Position numbers and translations under genes: made by a program. DNA of 64,000 nucleotides from Felis catus (lineage: Eukaryota), in contig NC_058368.1 in assembly GCF_018350175.1 (NCBI RefSeq), positions 97,342,001 to 97,406,000 of the forward strand, read 5' to 3'. Of the stretch, positions 50,773-64,000 are shown in pieces (position 1 is the stretch's first letter; each line of letters starts with the position of its first letter). Under the pieces are notes generated by a model, which had not been told where the DNA came from, searched no databases, and worked only from the letters and a program-made list of their open reading frames with translations.

Positions 50773-51581
50773 ATAATTCATTTTTAAATACAGACTTCCT
50801 TATACTAAGTTTATAGTTTTCTCTGTTAGGTTCTCATTTTATCTGTCGTGTATTTAGAGCAAAGACCTGTATTTTCTTGTATTCTCTAAAAGGTAGAGAG
50901 ATGTTGTGTTATGTGAAGAACCATTCTTATGAAGCTAGTACCGATCTGAGAATGCTCCTCTTTTCATTTCTTTCTCTCCTAAAACTGAACCAGAGATGAC
51001 AGGTAAGAAAGAAAACAGCTTTTTTTTAATAACCAAAAAAATTTTTTTTCACAAATAGCTTATTTGATGAAGCAATATTATCTCCTTTTTTGCCTGAGAT
51101 CAAAACCCAGGCTTCAGTATTCATTTGTTCCTACATTTGATCCTTGAAGGCATGGATTGTGGGTCAAATGACGCATTGCTAATGTGTGTGATTCACAAAG
51201 GCCATTTAAAAATGGAACATTCACCCTGTAGATAGATTTGGTTCTTCTGTCTTGCATTTCCTTCCTTCTTGCTCCTTTGCTTCCTTTTCTTGACCCCTTC
51301 TTTTTCCTTTGGCTATAAACAACCTATAATTTAACTCACAAATATACCTTATATTAATAGTAAAGTTCTATTTTATGAAAAATGGAAGGCCTCAGTGTTA
51401 AAATGTAAATATAAAAATGAGAAGTACTTTTGTCTTACTGAACTCATGTACTGCATTTTGCTTTCTAAATACTGCTTACTATATTGTTAATTTAACGTTA
51501 TGCTTTGAGCCTGTATTTTGGTAGTTTTCACAAGACCATTTTGTGGGACTTGGGATCGGTGGAGAGGTAGGGAGATGGGAT

Positions 51582-51835
51582 GTGTGTTAGATTAGGTTTC
51601 ACTAGAAGGAAATCCTGACATAAGGATTTGAGTGCCGGTAGTTAACTTGGGAAGTGAATCTCAGAAGCACCAGGAGGGGGATGGGAAGGTGAGACTAGAC
51701 AGGGAAAAAAGGAAGACAATACAATTAGCCTTTATTAAGCAAATTACAGCTATGGGCAACTGAGGCTCAATTCTGCTAGGTAACACTGGCAGACAGGTAG
51801 AATTTGGTTTTGAGTCCTCCCACTGAGAAGCAAGG
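51582..51835. mobile_element. MLT1-type MaLR fragment
   Basis: cctgacataaggatttgagtgc...tgggaagtgaatctcagaagcac motif. Confidence 0.6.
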
Positions 51836-51981
51836 CTTTCCTGAAGGAGAAGGAAGATGGATATAAATATGGAAGGAGGGAAGAAAGACTCTGTAGTATT
51901 TGATTGGGACTATTAGTATTAGTATGAAGTCATAATTTGTAAAAAACCCACAGTGGTCACATATCTAGTGAGAGACTGAAG

Positions 51982-52222
51982 TTTTTGTTTTTGTTTTTGT
52001 TTTTTTTTATTAAATTTTTTTTTAATGTTTATTTATTTTTGAGACAGAGACAGAGCATGAACGGGGGAGGGGCAGAGAGAGAGGGAGACACAGAATCGGA
52101 AGCAGGCTCCAGGCTCTGAGCCATTAGCCCAGAGCCCAACGCGGGGCTCGAACTCACGGACCGGGAGATCGTGACCTGAGCTGAAGTCGGACGCTTAACC
52201 GACTGAGCCACCCAGGCGCCCC
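51982..52222 (-). mobile_element. Young felid SINE
   Basis: CpG-rich; TSD gagagactgaagtttt. Confidence 0.93.
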
Positions 52223-52443
52223 GAGAGACTGAAGTTTTGTCTACATCTGGGTGGACTGGACGTTTTACAGGGAAGAACCTGTATCTGAGGGAGCTAAGAA
52301 AGGTAGTAGCAGTCTAAAAGAACGTGAGAAATTCCCAAAGGGAAAACCTGGAGCGTTTTCTCTTCCTTTTTTGGCCAGTATCTTTTTAGAGATCTTCTCT
52401 GCTCTAAGCAGGACATATTTTGCATTTTTATTATTTTCTTTAG

Positions 52444-52664
52444 TTTTTTTTTTTTTTTTAATGCTTATTTATGTTTGCGAGAGACAGAGACAGAGACAGA
52501 GACAGAGAGAATGAGCTGGGAGAAAGGGAGACACAGAATCTGAAGCAGGCTCTAGGCTCTGAGCTGTCAGCACAGAGCCCGATGCAGGGCTCGAACTCAC
52601 AGACCGCGAGATCATGACCTGAGCCAAAGTTGGACACCTAAGTGACTGACCATGCAGGCACTCC
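52444..52664 (-). mobile_element. SINEC
   Basis: Reverse SINE; flanking tgcattttt repeat. Confidence 0.87.
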
Positions 52665-52890
52665 GTGCATTTTTATTTAATGAGGAGGTTGCCTAAGAAG
52701 TCACTTCTTTATTAATCAGTTCAAGAAAATGGGATAGCATTTGCCTAAAAGAAACTTTTCTTCATTTTTATAATATAAACATGAGGGACTAATTACACAA
52801 ACTCAATATTTGATAAGTAAGAGGGTTGTAATAGGAGGTGGATCATCAAGTAAAAGGCTTGGTCCTTTGTTTAAAAAACAGAATGAGGTC

Positions 52891-53015
52891 GGGGTACCTG
52901 GGTGCTTCAGTTGGTTAAACATCCGACTCTGGATTTCGGCTCAGGTCATGATCTTGAGGTTCATGGGATCAAGCCTCCACTGGGCTCTGTCCTGACAGCA
53001 TAGAGCCTGCTTGGG

Positions 53016-53065
<50 letters not shown>

Positions 53066-53145
53066 TCTCTGCCCCTCCCCCACTCTCTTCTCTCTCTTTA
53101 TCCCTCTCTAAAAATAAATAAATAAATTTAAAAACAAACACACAC
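52891..53145 (+). mobile_element. SINEC
   Basis: TSD acagaatgaggtc. Confidence 0.88.
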
Positions 53146-53162
53146 ACAGAATGAGGTCATCT

Positions 53163-53766
53163 TGAGACGGGGACACTGAAAGGGATCCCATGGGGGAAAA
53201 AAAGCCACTTTTTTTCCTTCATTGTTTTTGCAACTTCTATTCTTGCTAGGACCTGTACCCCCCACCCCACTCTACACATCCCTTGTAATGCAAATAGAAT
53301 AAGCCCTCCCGTAAGGGACAGAGAGATAATGATGTCTTTGGAGTCTTCAGCACAATGATAACCTGTAAGGGGTAAGCAGGTGGGGTCATCACAAACCTGC
53401 TCCAAGACCACTGGTTCCAAACACCTTGACACTGAGACGCCTGGCTGCAGAGAATGAATGACTTATGAAGGACACCTGGACCCTCTCCTTGTTCTGTCAG
53501 ATCCTGGAAGCCTAAGAGGACACAGGCATCGGACCACAACCACCAATAAAAACCCCAGACCCCAAGCAAAGAAGAGAGTCATGCTCTTATCCTTTCCGAG
53601 TCTCCCAGATGCTCTGTTCATATGTCTCTTGATATATCTTCAGTAAACTCTGCTTTCACCTCCTACTGGCTCACGTTTGATTCCATCCTATATGACACCA
53701 GGGACCCTCTTAGCTAGTCCTGTGGGACGCCCTCTCTGGGTCATTGGACCTAGCCTGCCTGCGTCA
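53163..53766 (+). mobile_element. Solo ERV1 LTR
   Basis: TGAGAC...GCGTCA; flanks atct/atca; TATA-like caataaaaacccc near 53544, AGTAAA at 53642. Confidence 0.72.
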
Positions 53767-54012
53767 ATCAGGATTCTATGAGTGGCAGATAAGATCATTC
53801 AAATGAGCCCTTTCACTAAGCCTGTAAGTGTGCAGGACAGAAAACATCTGACGGTGAGCATTAGCACACTACGAGTGCATGAAGAACTGGGTCAACATGG
53901 AGATTAAGAACTCCAGAAAATGAACCTGAAAGTTGGGAACACTTGTGCTCTGGGTGTGTTGCTCAGTTATTGAAGAGGTAGATGAGAGTCTGAACATATT
54001 GATATTTATAAA

Positions 54013-54403
54013 TGATGTGGAAATGTTGGGGCTTGGAACGAATGGTCAAGAAAGAATTCTTGAGACATCTTCGGTGCAAAAAGGTGGTTTATTAAAGCAC
54101 AGGGACAGTTCCTGTGGGCAGAAAGAGCTGCACTGGGATTGTGACAGGTGACTGACTATATACCCTTAGGCTGGGAGGGGATTAGGGATAGCGGAAATCT
54201 CTAAGGAATTTTGGAAGCAAGGTTTCCAGGACTTTGAAGGCTACTGTTAGGAAAAGGTCATTTATTATTGTTTAGTAAAATCTAGTGAGGCCCTCTAGTA
54301 AAATCATGAGACCCTTCAGATGTATATCAGGGAGCCATATACCTGGAGTATGATTGCCAACGTATATCTTGGGGGGTAGAGATAAAGGAAGTTTCCAAAG
54401 GAT
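54013..54403 (-). mobile_element. Truncated LTR related to family B
   Basis: ggtgcaaaaaggtggtttattaaagcacagggacag...gggcagaaagagctgcactggg matches 33238-33304. Confidence 0.78.
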
Positions 54404-54615
54404 TTTTTTTAATGTTTATTTATTCTTGAGAGAGAGACAGAGAGACAGAGAGAGCAGGGGAGGGGCAGAGAGAGGGGGAGACATCGAATCCAAAGCACGC
54501 TTCAGGCTTTGAGCTATTAGCACAGAGCCCGATGCAAGGCTCGAACCCAGGAACCGTGAGATCATGACCAGAGCCAAACTCGGACGCTCGACTGACTAAA
54601 CCACCCAGATGCCCC
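54404..54615 (-). mobile_element. SINEC
   Basis: Reverse SINE body. Confidence 0.88.
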
Positions 54616-54891
54616 AAAACTATTTTTTAGAGCAGTTTTAGTTTGATAGCCAAAGTGAAGGAAAGGTACAGAGATTGCGTGAGCAGCCTCCCCCAGTATC
54701 GACATCTTTAATTGTCACACAATTGATGAACCTAGATGTAACTATATTTTTATTTTCACATTTTGAAGTTTATTTAATGATGTAAGAAAATACACATCAT
54801 ATCATTAAATGAACAAAACTGAACACACAAAAGCCAGGTTTCCAAATCTGCTAGAAAATGTAGATATTTGCATCATTTTCAAAGTGGAAGA

Positions 54892-55108
54892 GGGGTGACT
54901 GGGTGGCTCAGTCAGTTAAGCAACTGACTTCAGCTCAGGTCATCATCTCACAGTTCGTGGGTTCGAGCCCTGCATTGGGCTCTGTGCTGACAGCTTGGAG
55001 CCTGGAGCCTGCTTTGGATTCTGTGGCTCCCTCTCTCTCTGCCCCTCCCCCACTTGTGCTCTGTCTCTCTCTCAAAAATAAATAAAATGTAAAAAAAAAA
55101 TTTTTTTT
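54892..55108 (+). mobile_element. SINEC
   Basis: Full SINE structure. Confidence 0.9.
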
Positions 55109-55194
55109 AATGGAAGAAAACACCTCATAATATTTATTAAATAGGGGATGAAATCATAGGTCATTTTCTCAATTATCTCCATAGTTTTTTGTGC

Positions 55195-55318
55195 CCAGTG
55201 ACCTCATCTTAACCTGATCGCCTGCAAATACCTATTTCCAAACAATATGACATTCACAGATACCAGGGGTTAAGACTTCAACATCTTTTAGGGGAAATAC
55301 AACGCAACCCATAGCACA
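55195..55318 (-). mobile_element. MLT1 terminal fragment
   Basis: ctcatcttaac...cctatttccaaa...cattcacagataccaggggttaagacttcaacat. Confidence 0.72.
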
Positions 55319-55493
55319 GTAATTAAAAGAATTAACTTATGTAAGACATTCTTTTTGTATCAAAGGACCTAAAACAAAAATCTATCTAGTCCCATATAAT
55401 CTTATCATCAGCCTGGGACTAAAAGAGAGTAACAGTCCAACAACCATATTTCTCTGACTTCACCTCTAACCACTTTGCAAGAACCCCAGCCCT

Positions 55494-55920
55494 GGGCGCC
55501 TGGCTGGCTCAGTTGGTTGAGCCTCTGACTCTTGATTTTGTCTTAGGTCATAATCCCAGGGTTGTGAGATCAAGCCCCACATCAGGCTCCATGCTGAGTG
55601 TGGAGCCTGCTTAGGATTCTCTCTCTCCTTCTGCCCCTCTCCCCAGCTCTAGCTGTCTGTTTCTCTAAAACAAAAAAATAAGCAGGGGCACCTGGGTGAC
55701 TCGGTTTGTTGGGCGTCCGACTTCAGCGCAGGTCATGATCTCACGGTTTGTGGGTTCGAGTCCCGCATGGGGCACTGTGCTGACTCTCAGAGTCTGGAAT
55801 TTGCTTCAGATTCTGTGTTACCCTCTCTCTCTGCCCCTCCTCCATTCATGCTCTGTCTCTCTTTCTCTCTCAAAAGTAAATAAACATTAAAAAACAAACA
55901 AACAAACAAACAAAACAAAA
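55494..55920 (+). mobile_element. Two tandem SINECs (55494-55680, 55685-55920)
   Basis: Two SINE heads and tails. Confidence 0.87.
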
Positions 55921-56636
55921 GAAGAAACAGACAAGAAAACTCCAGCTCCTTAAAGTGTTGCCAGACTGTTTGGGGGTCCTCAGGTGGGTGACTCTGTTCT
56001 ACCGTGTTCTTTTGTATGCACAACAGTATCCATCATTTTCCTGTACTGCTTCAGCTGATTGAAACAATATGTGCTTGCTGATAGTCCAAGCTGCTGCCAC
56101 TTTCCTCCCCAAAGAATCATCCCTGCTAGTGGATATTGTATCCACCCTCTCTGCACCCCTGGAGAGTTGCAACATAGTTCTCACATACTGCTATATATCT
56201 GTTGGTACATTTATTTAGCCATATGCCAGTTCTACAGGGTCTTAATAAATAAGCTTTGTAATATGCCTTATTATATGACAGGGCAAGTGTGTCCACTCAC
56301 CTATTTCTCTTTTTCCCCCTTCTTCTCCAGGAATGTCCTGAGTGATCTTGGATCTTTGCCATTAGAATCAGCTTGTTAGTTACAAGGAAAACTTGTAACT
56401 AGACTGAGGTTCTAACTGAAATGTCTTTGAATCCATTGACTTTTTCATATACCGAATCTTCCTGCCCTGCGCAGAATTACCTCGATGCCACAGCCGCCAA
56501 GTATTCTACCAGACAAGCTATCTCTGACATTACAGAACAGAAAGGCCCAAGGCTAATTTTAAAAAGCTCAGATGGTTTATGAAATCACTTTAAAATGCAC
56601 GGTGAGACCATTCGTGGGTTTGAGCCCTGCATCTGT

Positions 56637-56710
56637 CTATCTATCTATATCTATATCTATATCTATATCTATATCTATATCTATATCTATATCTATATCT
56701 GTATCTATCT
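56637..56710 (+). repeat. (CTATAT)n microsatellite
   Basis: About 10 near-perfect hexamer units. Confidence 0.92.
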
Positions 56711-56952
56711 CCACCACATAAGCCTTCCCCATGTGGATGGATGGTGTGGTTTTGAGGACCAGAGTGGAGGTTTGAGCAAAGTGGCTCAGGACCAACGATA
56801 TATAATTGCTCTATTGGAGAGACACAAGGGCAAGTACCCTCGGTCACAGCTTTACCATTTCAATTTAATGTGTTGAGAAATCTTGGGTTTTATTTGTGTT
56901 ATTCGATACAAGATACATGGGGCCAGAATAAGAGTCAAAAATGGGTTGTTGG

Positions 56953-57170
56953 TGGGCACCTGGGTGGCTCAGTCAGTTAAGTGTCCGACTTCAGCTCAGG
57001 TCATGATCTCCCAGTTCGTGGGTTCAAGCACTGGTCAAGCTCTGTACTGACAGCTTGGACCTTGGAGCCTGCTTTCGATTCTGTGTCTTCTCTCTGTGCC
57101 CCTTCTTCGCTCATGCTCGCTTACTCACTCTCTCTCACTCTCAAAAATAATTTTTAAAAAAAATTTAAAA
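56953..57170 (+). mobile_element. SINEC
   Basis: TSD aaaaatgggt(t/g)gttg. Confidence 0.88.
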
Positions 57171-57555
57171 ATGGGTGGTTGAATAAAGACCTCAAGAATA
57201 TTGAGTGTTTTCATACAGGATGTATACTTAGGATATCCTGAATATTAAGTGCCTCTTGTATAGTTAATATATCATGAATATTTAAGTCTTTAGTGCCTCA
57301 TGAATATTAAGTACCTCTTGATTCTTTCATCCTTTTCTACTTAACATGCATGTGTGCTACATATTAACTTCCCATCCATACTTAATACATCGAAAGGCTT
57401 TCGTTGATCTCATTTGCTTTCTTTTATAGCAGAATATTCTCAAACAATACCACATTGCCCTAAGATCACTGTATATTTCATTTGGTTTAATTTATTTAAA
57501 TCACCTTTAATATCTTTCATTTGTGTTTTTCTCTCCTCAAGGGACTCTTGCAACA

Positions 57556-57765
57556 TTTTTTTTTAATGTTTATTTTATTTTTGAGAAAGAGAGACAGAAC
57601 ACGAGCAGGGGAGGGGCAGAGAGAGAGGGTGACATCGAACCTGAAGCAGTCTCCAGGCTCCGAGCTGTCAGCACAGAGCTGGACATGGGGCTCAAACTCA
57701 CGAACCATGAGATCAAGACCTGAGTCAAAGTCAGAAGCTTAACCAACTGAGCAACCCAGGTGCCT
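57556..57765 (-). mobile_element. SINEC
   Basis: TSD ctcttgcaacattttttt. Confidence 0.9.
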
Positions 57766-58146
57766 CTCTTGCAACATTTTTTAATGATTCGTTGTCAAGG
57801 ACTTCATATATTTTGTAGACATTATAAATGCATCTTCTAAATCTTCAGTAACACGTTTACTGATGCTCTCTCACCCTACTCAGGCGATGCATTGGAGTTG
57901 AAAGAGTGTGATCTTTAAAGTCAGATAAAACCAGGTACTCCACTTACTAGTTGTGTGCTTGTGGGCTTGTCAGCCTCTTGGATGGTCAGTTGATGGAACA
58001 AGGGCAGTAATACATAACCCACAGTGTTACTGTAAACTATGAGATATATTTTGTTGTGCCGAGCTGTCTTTATGCATTGTACGCTATTCAGCAGCATCTA
58101 TAATCTTTAGCCACTGTGCGCTCTCACTCCTGTTTAAAAAAAAAAT

Positions 58147-58292
58147 GGGGGCACCTGGGTGGCTCAGTTGGTTAAGTCCCTGACTTCAGCTCAGGTCAGG
58201 ATCTCACACTTCGTGAGTTGAAGCCTGAGTCAGGCTCTGTGATGATAGCAGGCTTTAGATTCTGTCTCCCTCTCTCTCATTCCCACTCATAT

Positions 58293-58341
<49 letters not shown>

Positions 58342-58586
58342 AATAAATAAAACATTTTTAAAAAATGAATGAGGGGCGCCCAAGTGGCTCAGTCGGTTGA
58401 GCGTCCGACTTTGGCCCAGGTCATGATCTCACAGTTTGTGAGTTCGAGCCCCGCGTCGGGCTCTGTGCTGACAGCTCAGAGCCTGGAGCCTGCTTCAGAT
58501 TCTGTGTCTCCCTCTCTCTCTCTGCCCCATCCCCACTCATGCTCTGTCTCTCTCTGTCTTAAAAAAAAATAAAACATTAAAAAAAA
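58147..58586 (+). mobile_element. Two tandem SINECs (58147-58365, 58373-58586)
   Basis: Second has TSD aaaaaatgaatgag; set within MIR-like sequence. Confidence 0.88.
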
Positions 58587-59199
58587 TGAATGAGAAAATG
58601 TATACAAAGTACATAAAACTAATAAGTTCTCAGTTATTATTATTAATGAACTATTTTGGGCATCTGGGTAACTGACTTTTTATATTTTATGAGCCTAAAT
58701 CTCTTATTTGAAACAGATTAGACAAAAACATGTCCAATATATCTAAATATCCAGTCCAAACAGAACATACTTGGGAGTCATCATTTTGAATTATTGTAAT
58801 TTCAATAAAGAGGGAAAGGACTTTACACTTGAATGCCTGTAATATTCTGGGTAATCTAGGTGCATCATAGAATTTAATCCACAGAAGCTCTTAGAAGCAG
58901 GCACTGTTTATCCCTACATTGTAAAGGAGCAAGCTGAATTGCATAGAAGGTAACCTCTCTAATGGTAAGTCACTGCTAAGTGACCAGTCCTGTTTGATTC
59001 CAAAGCCCATGTCTTATCTGCCACCCTAGAGAGCCACATAATATATCCCTCAGAATGAATACTACATGTGGGGCTGTTTGCCCTTGCATAAAATGGTCCA
59101 GACCACTGTGCTTTTGACTGTATGTGTCTTATTTTGCTCTGCTGGAGACATGTACAGCAGATCCTATTGATTCCCTAGGCCATGCTTCTCTACAGCCCA

Positions 59200-59660
59200 C
59201 ACTTTAGATTTCTTCCTTGCTAAGAGAACCCCTGCATGCTCAGGTCTAAGTTAGCTTTGTAATTTAAGGGAGGCTAGACTCCTCCTCCACCGGCCCCAGT
59301 GATCGTGAGGAACGCTGATTACTGTCATTCAGTTCCTCTTGCCAATGACTGGGTTAGGCTTGGGCAAGGGAAGCAATTTTGGACAATGAGACATGACAAG
59401 AAACCTAGTAGGGGGTGTCCAGCAGAAGTTTCCTAGCTGATAATAATAGGCCCATGGAAGAAAATGACTCTTCTTCCTCACCTTGATAACACATCATCTT
59501 GTGGTCATAAGGAGACAAGGCTCAGAGCAAGAAAAGACATGCCAAAGATGAATGAGTGAAAAATGAAAACATCCCGAGCCTTTAATGATATCATCGAATT
59601 AATACACTGCACATTCCTAGGAGGTACAGCCTGGGTCATGCAGGTGATGTTTTGTTTTGC
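59200..59660. mobile_element. Old MLT1-type MaLR fragment
   Basis: cctcttgccaatgactgggttaggcttgggca...ggacaatgagacatga motif. Confidence 0.55.
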
Positions 59661-60199
59661 TCTGTTTTGACCTCCTGTAATGTGCACACTGTGTAATGTG
59701 CTGAACATCGTGTAATACTTTTATCTGCCTTTTTTCCTACAGGTGAAAACATTTGGAAAATAAAAATCAAAGTTAAAAAGGTAATAACATGATTGAGGGC
59801 ACCCGGCACGCTTTCCTTTGTTTTTCCCCTATGAAGTTATTTAGGAAACAGCCCTATCTCAAAACTACTCTACACTTTTAAAAAATGTTAGGGTGGACTG
59901 CTTCATCACTATGGGAAAAGCAGCAAGGAATAGGTAAGATGCCAGGTGTCGTGTAGAACACTGAAAAACCATTCCCTTGGCCTTAAAGGAACGTGTCATA
60001 CAGGAAGCAGGTGGCAAAAACGTTAATTGTGCCTCGGAATCTCCCGGCAGGTCTGCCTGTGTGTTACATCAGAGCTCCTACTATGAACAAGTTGGGTGGC
60101 CAGACTCTCTTAAGCATTTTAGGTGCAGGATAACTCCACCAGTGCTGGTTATATTATTTTTGTTTTTCTCTCATTTTCCCCTTCTCTTGGAGGCTGAAA

Positions 60200-60748
60200 G
60201 CAGTGTGCATGCATGTGCAAGCAGAGAGGCACAGAGAGAGAGAGGGACAGAATCTTACACAAGCTCCACGCCCAGCACAGAGCCCAGTGTGGGGCTCGAT
60301 CTCACAACCTTGAGATGGTGACATGAGCCGAAATCAGGAGTCTGAGGCTGAACTGATTGAGCCTCCCAGGTGCCCCTAAAAGTATATTACTATGAGACAC
60401 TGTGAGAGCTTTTGACATAGTTGTAATAGTTTGGGATCTACCCATGGGTTAAGCAGAGGGGCTTTTCCATTCTTTACAATCTGGGTAATTGAACTTCCCT
60501 TGGTTTTTTTTTTTGTTTTTGTTTTTGTTTTTTAATTTTTTTTAAAGTTTATTTATTATTGAGAGACAAAGAGAGACAGAGCATGAGCAGGGGAGGGGCA
60601 GAGAGAGGGAGTGACACAGAATCTGAAACAGGCTCCAGGCTCTGAGCTGTCAGCACAGAGCCCAACACCGGGCTCAAACTCTCAAAATGCAAGATCATGA
60701 CCCGAGCCAAAGTCGCACACTTAACCAACTGAGCCACCCAGGCACCCC
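60200..60748 (-). mobile_element. Two SINECs (60200-60376, 60504-60748)
   Basis: Reverse SINE bodies. Confidence 0.85.
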
Positions 60749-61939
60749 TAACTGAGCTTTCCTTGTACATTGGCATAGACAGACACTCAATAAACTACGG
60801 TATGAGTGAATAAATGGATGGTACTGTAAAATAAACGTACATAAGTTTTGACTAATGTATTCATTCATTTATTCTCCTTGCTGTTGAATAGCTTTTATAG
60901 AGTCATGACAAGGTAAGTAGATAATTACAATAAGGAAATTCAGGTATTATGCTAGAGGTGTACAAAGGCTACTATGGGAGAAGAATGACATTTTTAAGCT
61001 GTGTATTTCATGAAGAGGAAACACTATATTCAAAGGGACGGAGTCGTAGATTGTCTTTTGCGGCTGCAGTGAAGAGATAACGAAGGCCTGTTCACACCTA
61101 CCATCTCCTTCCGGCATCATTCCCAGACCCACTATCCTGATTATGTCAAACTTTATGCCTCTTAAGCCTGCATTAGACAGTTCGACTCTGGAAGCAAAAT
61201 CAGGAAGATCACAAAGTAGAAGGAGGACAGATGGGCATTAATGAGCCATGAGTGAGCTGAAACGTTGACTTACCCCAAGGGGTGAGGAAAATATATGGGC
61301 ATAAGAGAATAAAGAGTATGTGAGCCAGTTGGTAATTAGAGAAAGAGTAAACAGACACCCTGAAATGGATTCAAAGAAAGTAGTAGGGTCATATTAAGAG
61401 GGAGCCCATTATAGTTATAGACTTGAATTCCTGTGGTATCACTGTTTTCGTTAATGATAATTATCATCTTAAGAAAGTTGGCCTGAATGAGTTTCTGTTC
61501 ATTTCAACTCAAAGAGTCTAATGAAAACCAACCCCTCTAATATGCATTCTTTCTGTTCCTGTTGAGTAGGATTTTTCCTTCATTTTCCCACAAACATGCC
61601 ATTTTCACTTCTGCCTGCTTCCATATTTTGTTTTTTATCTTACAGGATGTTGCTTTTCCTCTCTCCACCTAGTCATTCAGCTGACATCTTGAGCCTGAAC
61701 AAAGCGCCAGATACTTTGCTGGATGCTGGGGGCTACAGCAATGACTCACAGATGGTCCTTGCCTTCAAATTTAGAAGCAACCTAAATGTCCAAACAGACA
61801 TGGTCAAAGTAATTATGGTATGCCTGACAAAACAGACTACTTTACAGCCCTTAAAATCATTTGATGAAGAACACTTAGTGACATGGGGAGATTCATATAA
61901 TCTAATGGCAAATGACAAAAGCAGGTCATGATAATGGTG

Positions 61940-62119
61940 GAGAATATAGGTTTTAGGCTTTGTAGTCAGATCAGCCAACATTCTACAGTTTGCCCAGACA
62001 CTTTCTAAGTGTATGACCTTGAACAAGTTACTAAACCTGTCTGAGCCTCAGTTTTCTTGTCTACAAAATGAGAATGATAGTAACTACTTTTATATACGGT
62101 CCTGGTAACAATTAAATGG

Positions 62120-62174
<55 letters not shown>

Positions 62175-62215
62175 TTAGTGTGGTGCCAGCTCATAAGAAA
62201 TGGTCGTATTAGTAC
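61940..62215 (+). mobile_element. MIR containing a (TA)n microsatellite at 62123-62168
   Basis: tgaccttgaacaagttactaaacctgtctgagcctcagttttcttgtctacaaaatgagaatgatagta MIR core. Confidence 0.82.
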
Positions 62216-62969
62216 CATAGTATACTAAAAAAACCAAAAACATACATTAAATGTATGTATGGAAATTGTAAGAAAATATTATAAAATGTGAATAGTGACA
62301 TCACACCTGAATGATATGACTACAGGTGATTTTTATTTTCTTTTTTATACATTTAGGGGTTTTCTATGTTTTCCACAAAGACAATGTTTTACCTTGTAAT
62401 AAGAAAAAAGTTATTTGAAACTATTATTAAAATTCTTTAAAACAAGTTAAATATTTTTTCCAGTTTGATTTTTTAGACAAGTCAAAGATTACAGAATTTT
62501 AATTAGGAAAGCTAAAATTGGATTCTATTGTAGTTTAAATTGTGATATTTTTCTAAACAACATATTCAAGTACTTTAATTCTATTTCACACTTTGACAAA
62601 TATTAGAAAGTTATGAAGGACACTGAACTTCCCTTGGAAAATAATATACACCAAAGGTATGTTTAGTTAGCATTGCTTTAAGTGAACGGTTTGAGAGTTA
62701 AATTTGCTGAGATTATGGGTGTGCATGTGTGTGTACGTGTGTGTATCACCACAGCAGAATCTGACCTAGCATCAGTTCAAATCAAATCAGTGTAGTGAAC
62801 ACTGTGGATGAAGAGTCAGGAGAAAAGCATTGTTAGTCTTTTGGGCAGTTTATATAACTATACTTCCATCTGTACACAGGAATCACACTCTTACCGACTC
62901 AAAATTAAAGCATGGATTAAAGACAAAAAGAAACAGCTTGAGAAAACATGCAATATCTGAGACATTCAT

Positions 62970-63910
62970 GAATCTGGAGGCATTACACTTTGCGATTTCA
63001 AGTTATATTTCAAAGCTATAATAATCAAAACAGGATGGTATTGGCCTAAAACACGTTACTTAGATCAATAGAACAGAATAGAAACCTGGAAATAAAGCCA
63101 AGCATATATGGTTGATTATTTTAGGACAAAGGAGCCAAGAACACACATGGAGAAATGATAGCCTCTTCAACAAATGACATTGGGAAAATTGGATAGCCAG
63201 TTGCAGAAGAAAGAAGGTGGATCTCTATCCTCTACCATACACAAAAATCAACTCAAAATCAATTAAAGACTTGAACGTAAGACCTGAAACTGGAAAAACT
63301 CCCAGATGAAAACATAGAAGGTAAGCTCCTTGACACAGTATTGGCAATGATTTTTCGGATTTGACACCAAAAACCAAGACAACAAAAACTAAAATAAACA
63401 AGTGGGACTACATCAAACCGAAAAGCTGCACAGCAAAAGAAACCACCAATGAAATGAAAAGGCAACCTACAGAATGGGAGAAAATATTTGCACATTGTAT
63501 TTCTGATAAGTGGTTAATATCCAAAATATATAAAGAACTCATGTACACCAGTAGCAAAAACCAAACAACCCAATAGAAAAATGGACATGGGGACGGAATA
63601 GACATTTTTCCAAAATACAGGGGCGCCTGAGTGGCTTAGCAGGCTGAGTGCTTAACTCTTGATTTCAGCTCAGGCCATGATCTCACAGTCTGTGAGTTGG
63701 AGGCCCACATCGGGTTCTGCACTGACAGCTCGGAGTCTGCTTGGGATTCTCTATGTCCCCCTTTCTCTGCACCTTCCCCAGCTCTCTCTCTCAAAATAAA
63801 TAAATAAATATTAAAAAACAAAAACAAAAAGGACACACAAATGGTAAACAGGTACATGAAAAGGTGCTCAGCATCACTAATTGCAAGGGAAGTGCGAATT
63901 AAACCCGTAA
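62970..63910 (+). mobile_element. L1 ORF2 fragment with a SINE at 63619-63830
   Basis: Peptide [36 protein letters not shown]. Confidence 0.9.
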
Positions 63911-63912
63911 TA

Positions 63913-64000
63913 GGGGCGCCTGGGTGGCTCAGTCCAACTTCGGCTCAGGTCATGATCTCATTGTTCATGAGAGCCCCACATCAGGCTCTGTGCTGACAGC
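63913..64000 (+). mobile_element. SINEC running off the window edge
   Basis: ggggcgcctgggtggctcagtc head. Confidence 0.88.

Noticed and set aside
693..64000. Recurrent MAQSVKRPTSAQV... ORF family
   Set aside because: Translations of SINE copies from GTG/TTG starts; not genes.
1..64000. CRISPR array, operon or other novel multi-gene system
   Set aside because: No regularly spaced repeat-spacer structure or gene cluster; the interspersed repeats are explained by SINE, LINE and LTR families.

Overview
Mammalian genomic DNA from a felid (most likely cat), judged by about 60 carnivore tRNA-derived SINEs, several of the young felid type. The only protein-coding sequence I can support is coding exon 1 of DTWD2 (minus strand, 21514->21297) in a CpG-island promoter. 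Positions 1-21296 are its intron 1, and I did not find exon 2. Everything to the right is upstream intergenic sequence rich in repeats. The most structured part is a ~11 kb nest at 24.3-35.3 kb: a degenerate class-I ERV plus several independent solo LTRs, many with readable target-site duplications (TSDs), and SINEs whose insertion order can be reconstructed. Other points: a twin-primed 5'-inverted L1, repeated re-use of TSDs as insertion sites, a consensus CTCF motif overlapping a competing splice donor just inside DTWD2 intron 1, and a solo LTR with an R-region hairpin. I found no evidence for a novel multi-gene system; most ORFs in the track are repeat-derived. Repeat family names come from recognition by eye, not database search, and repeat boundaries without a stated TSD are approximate.
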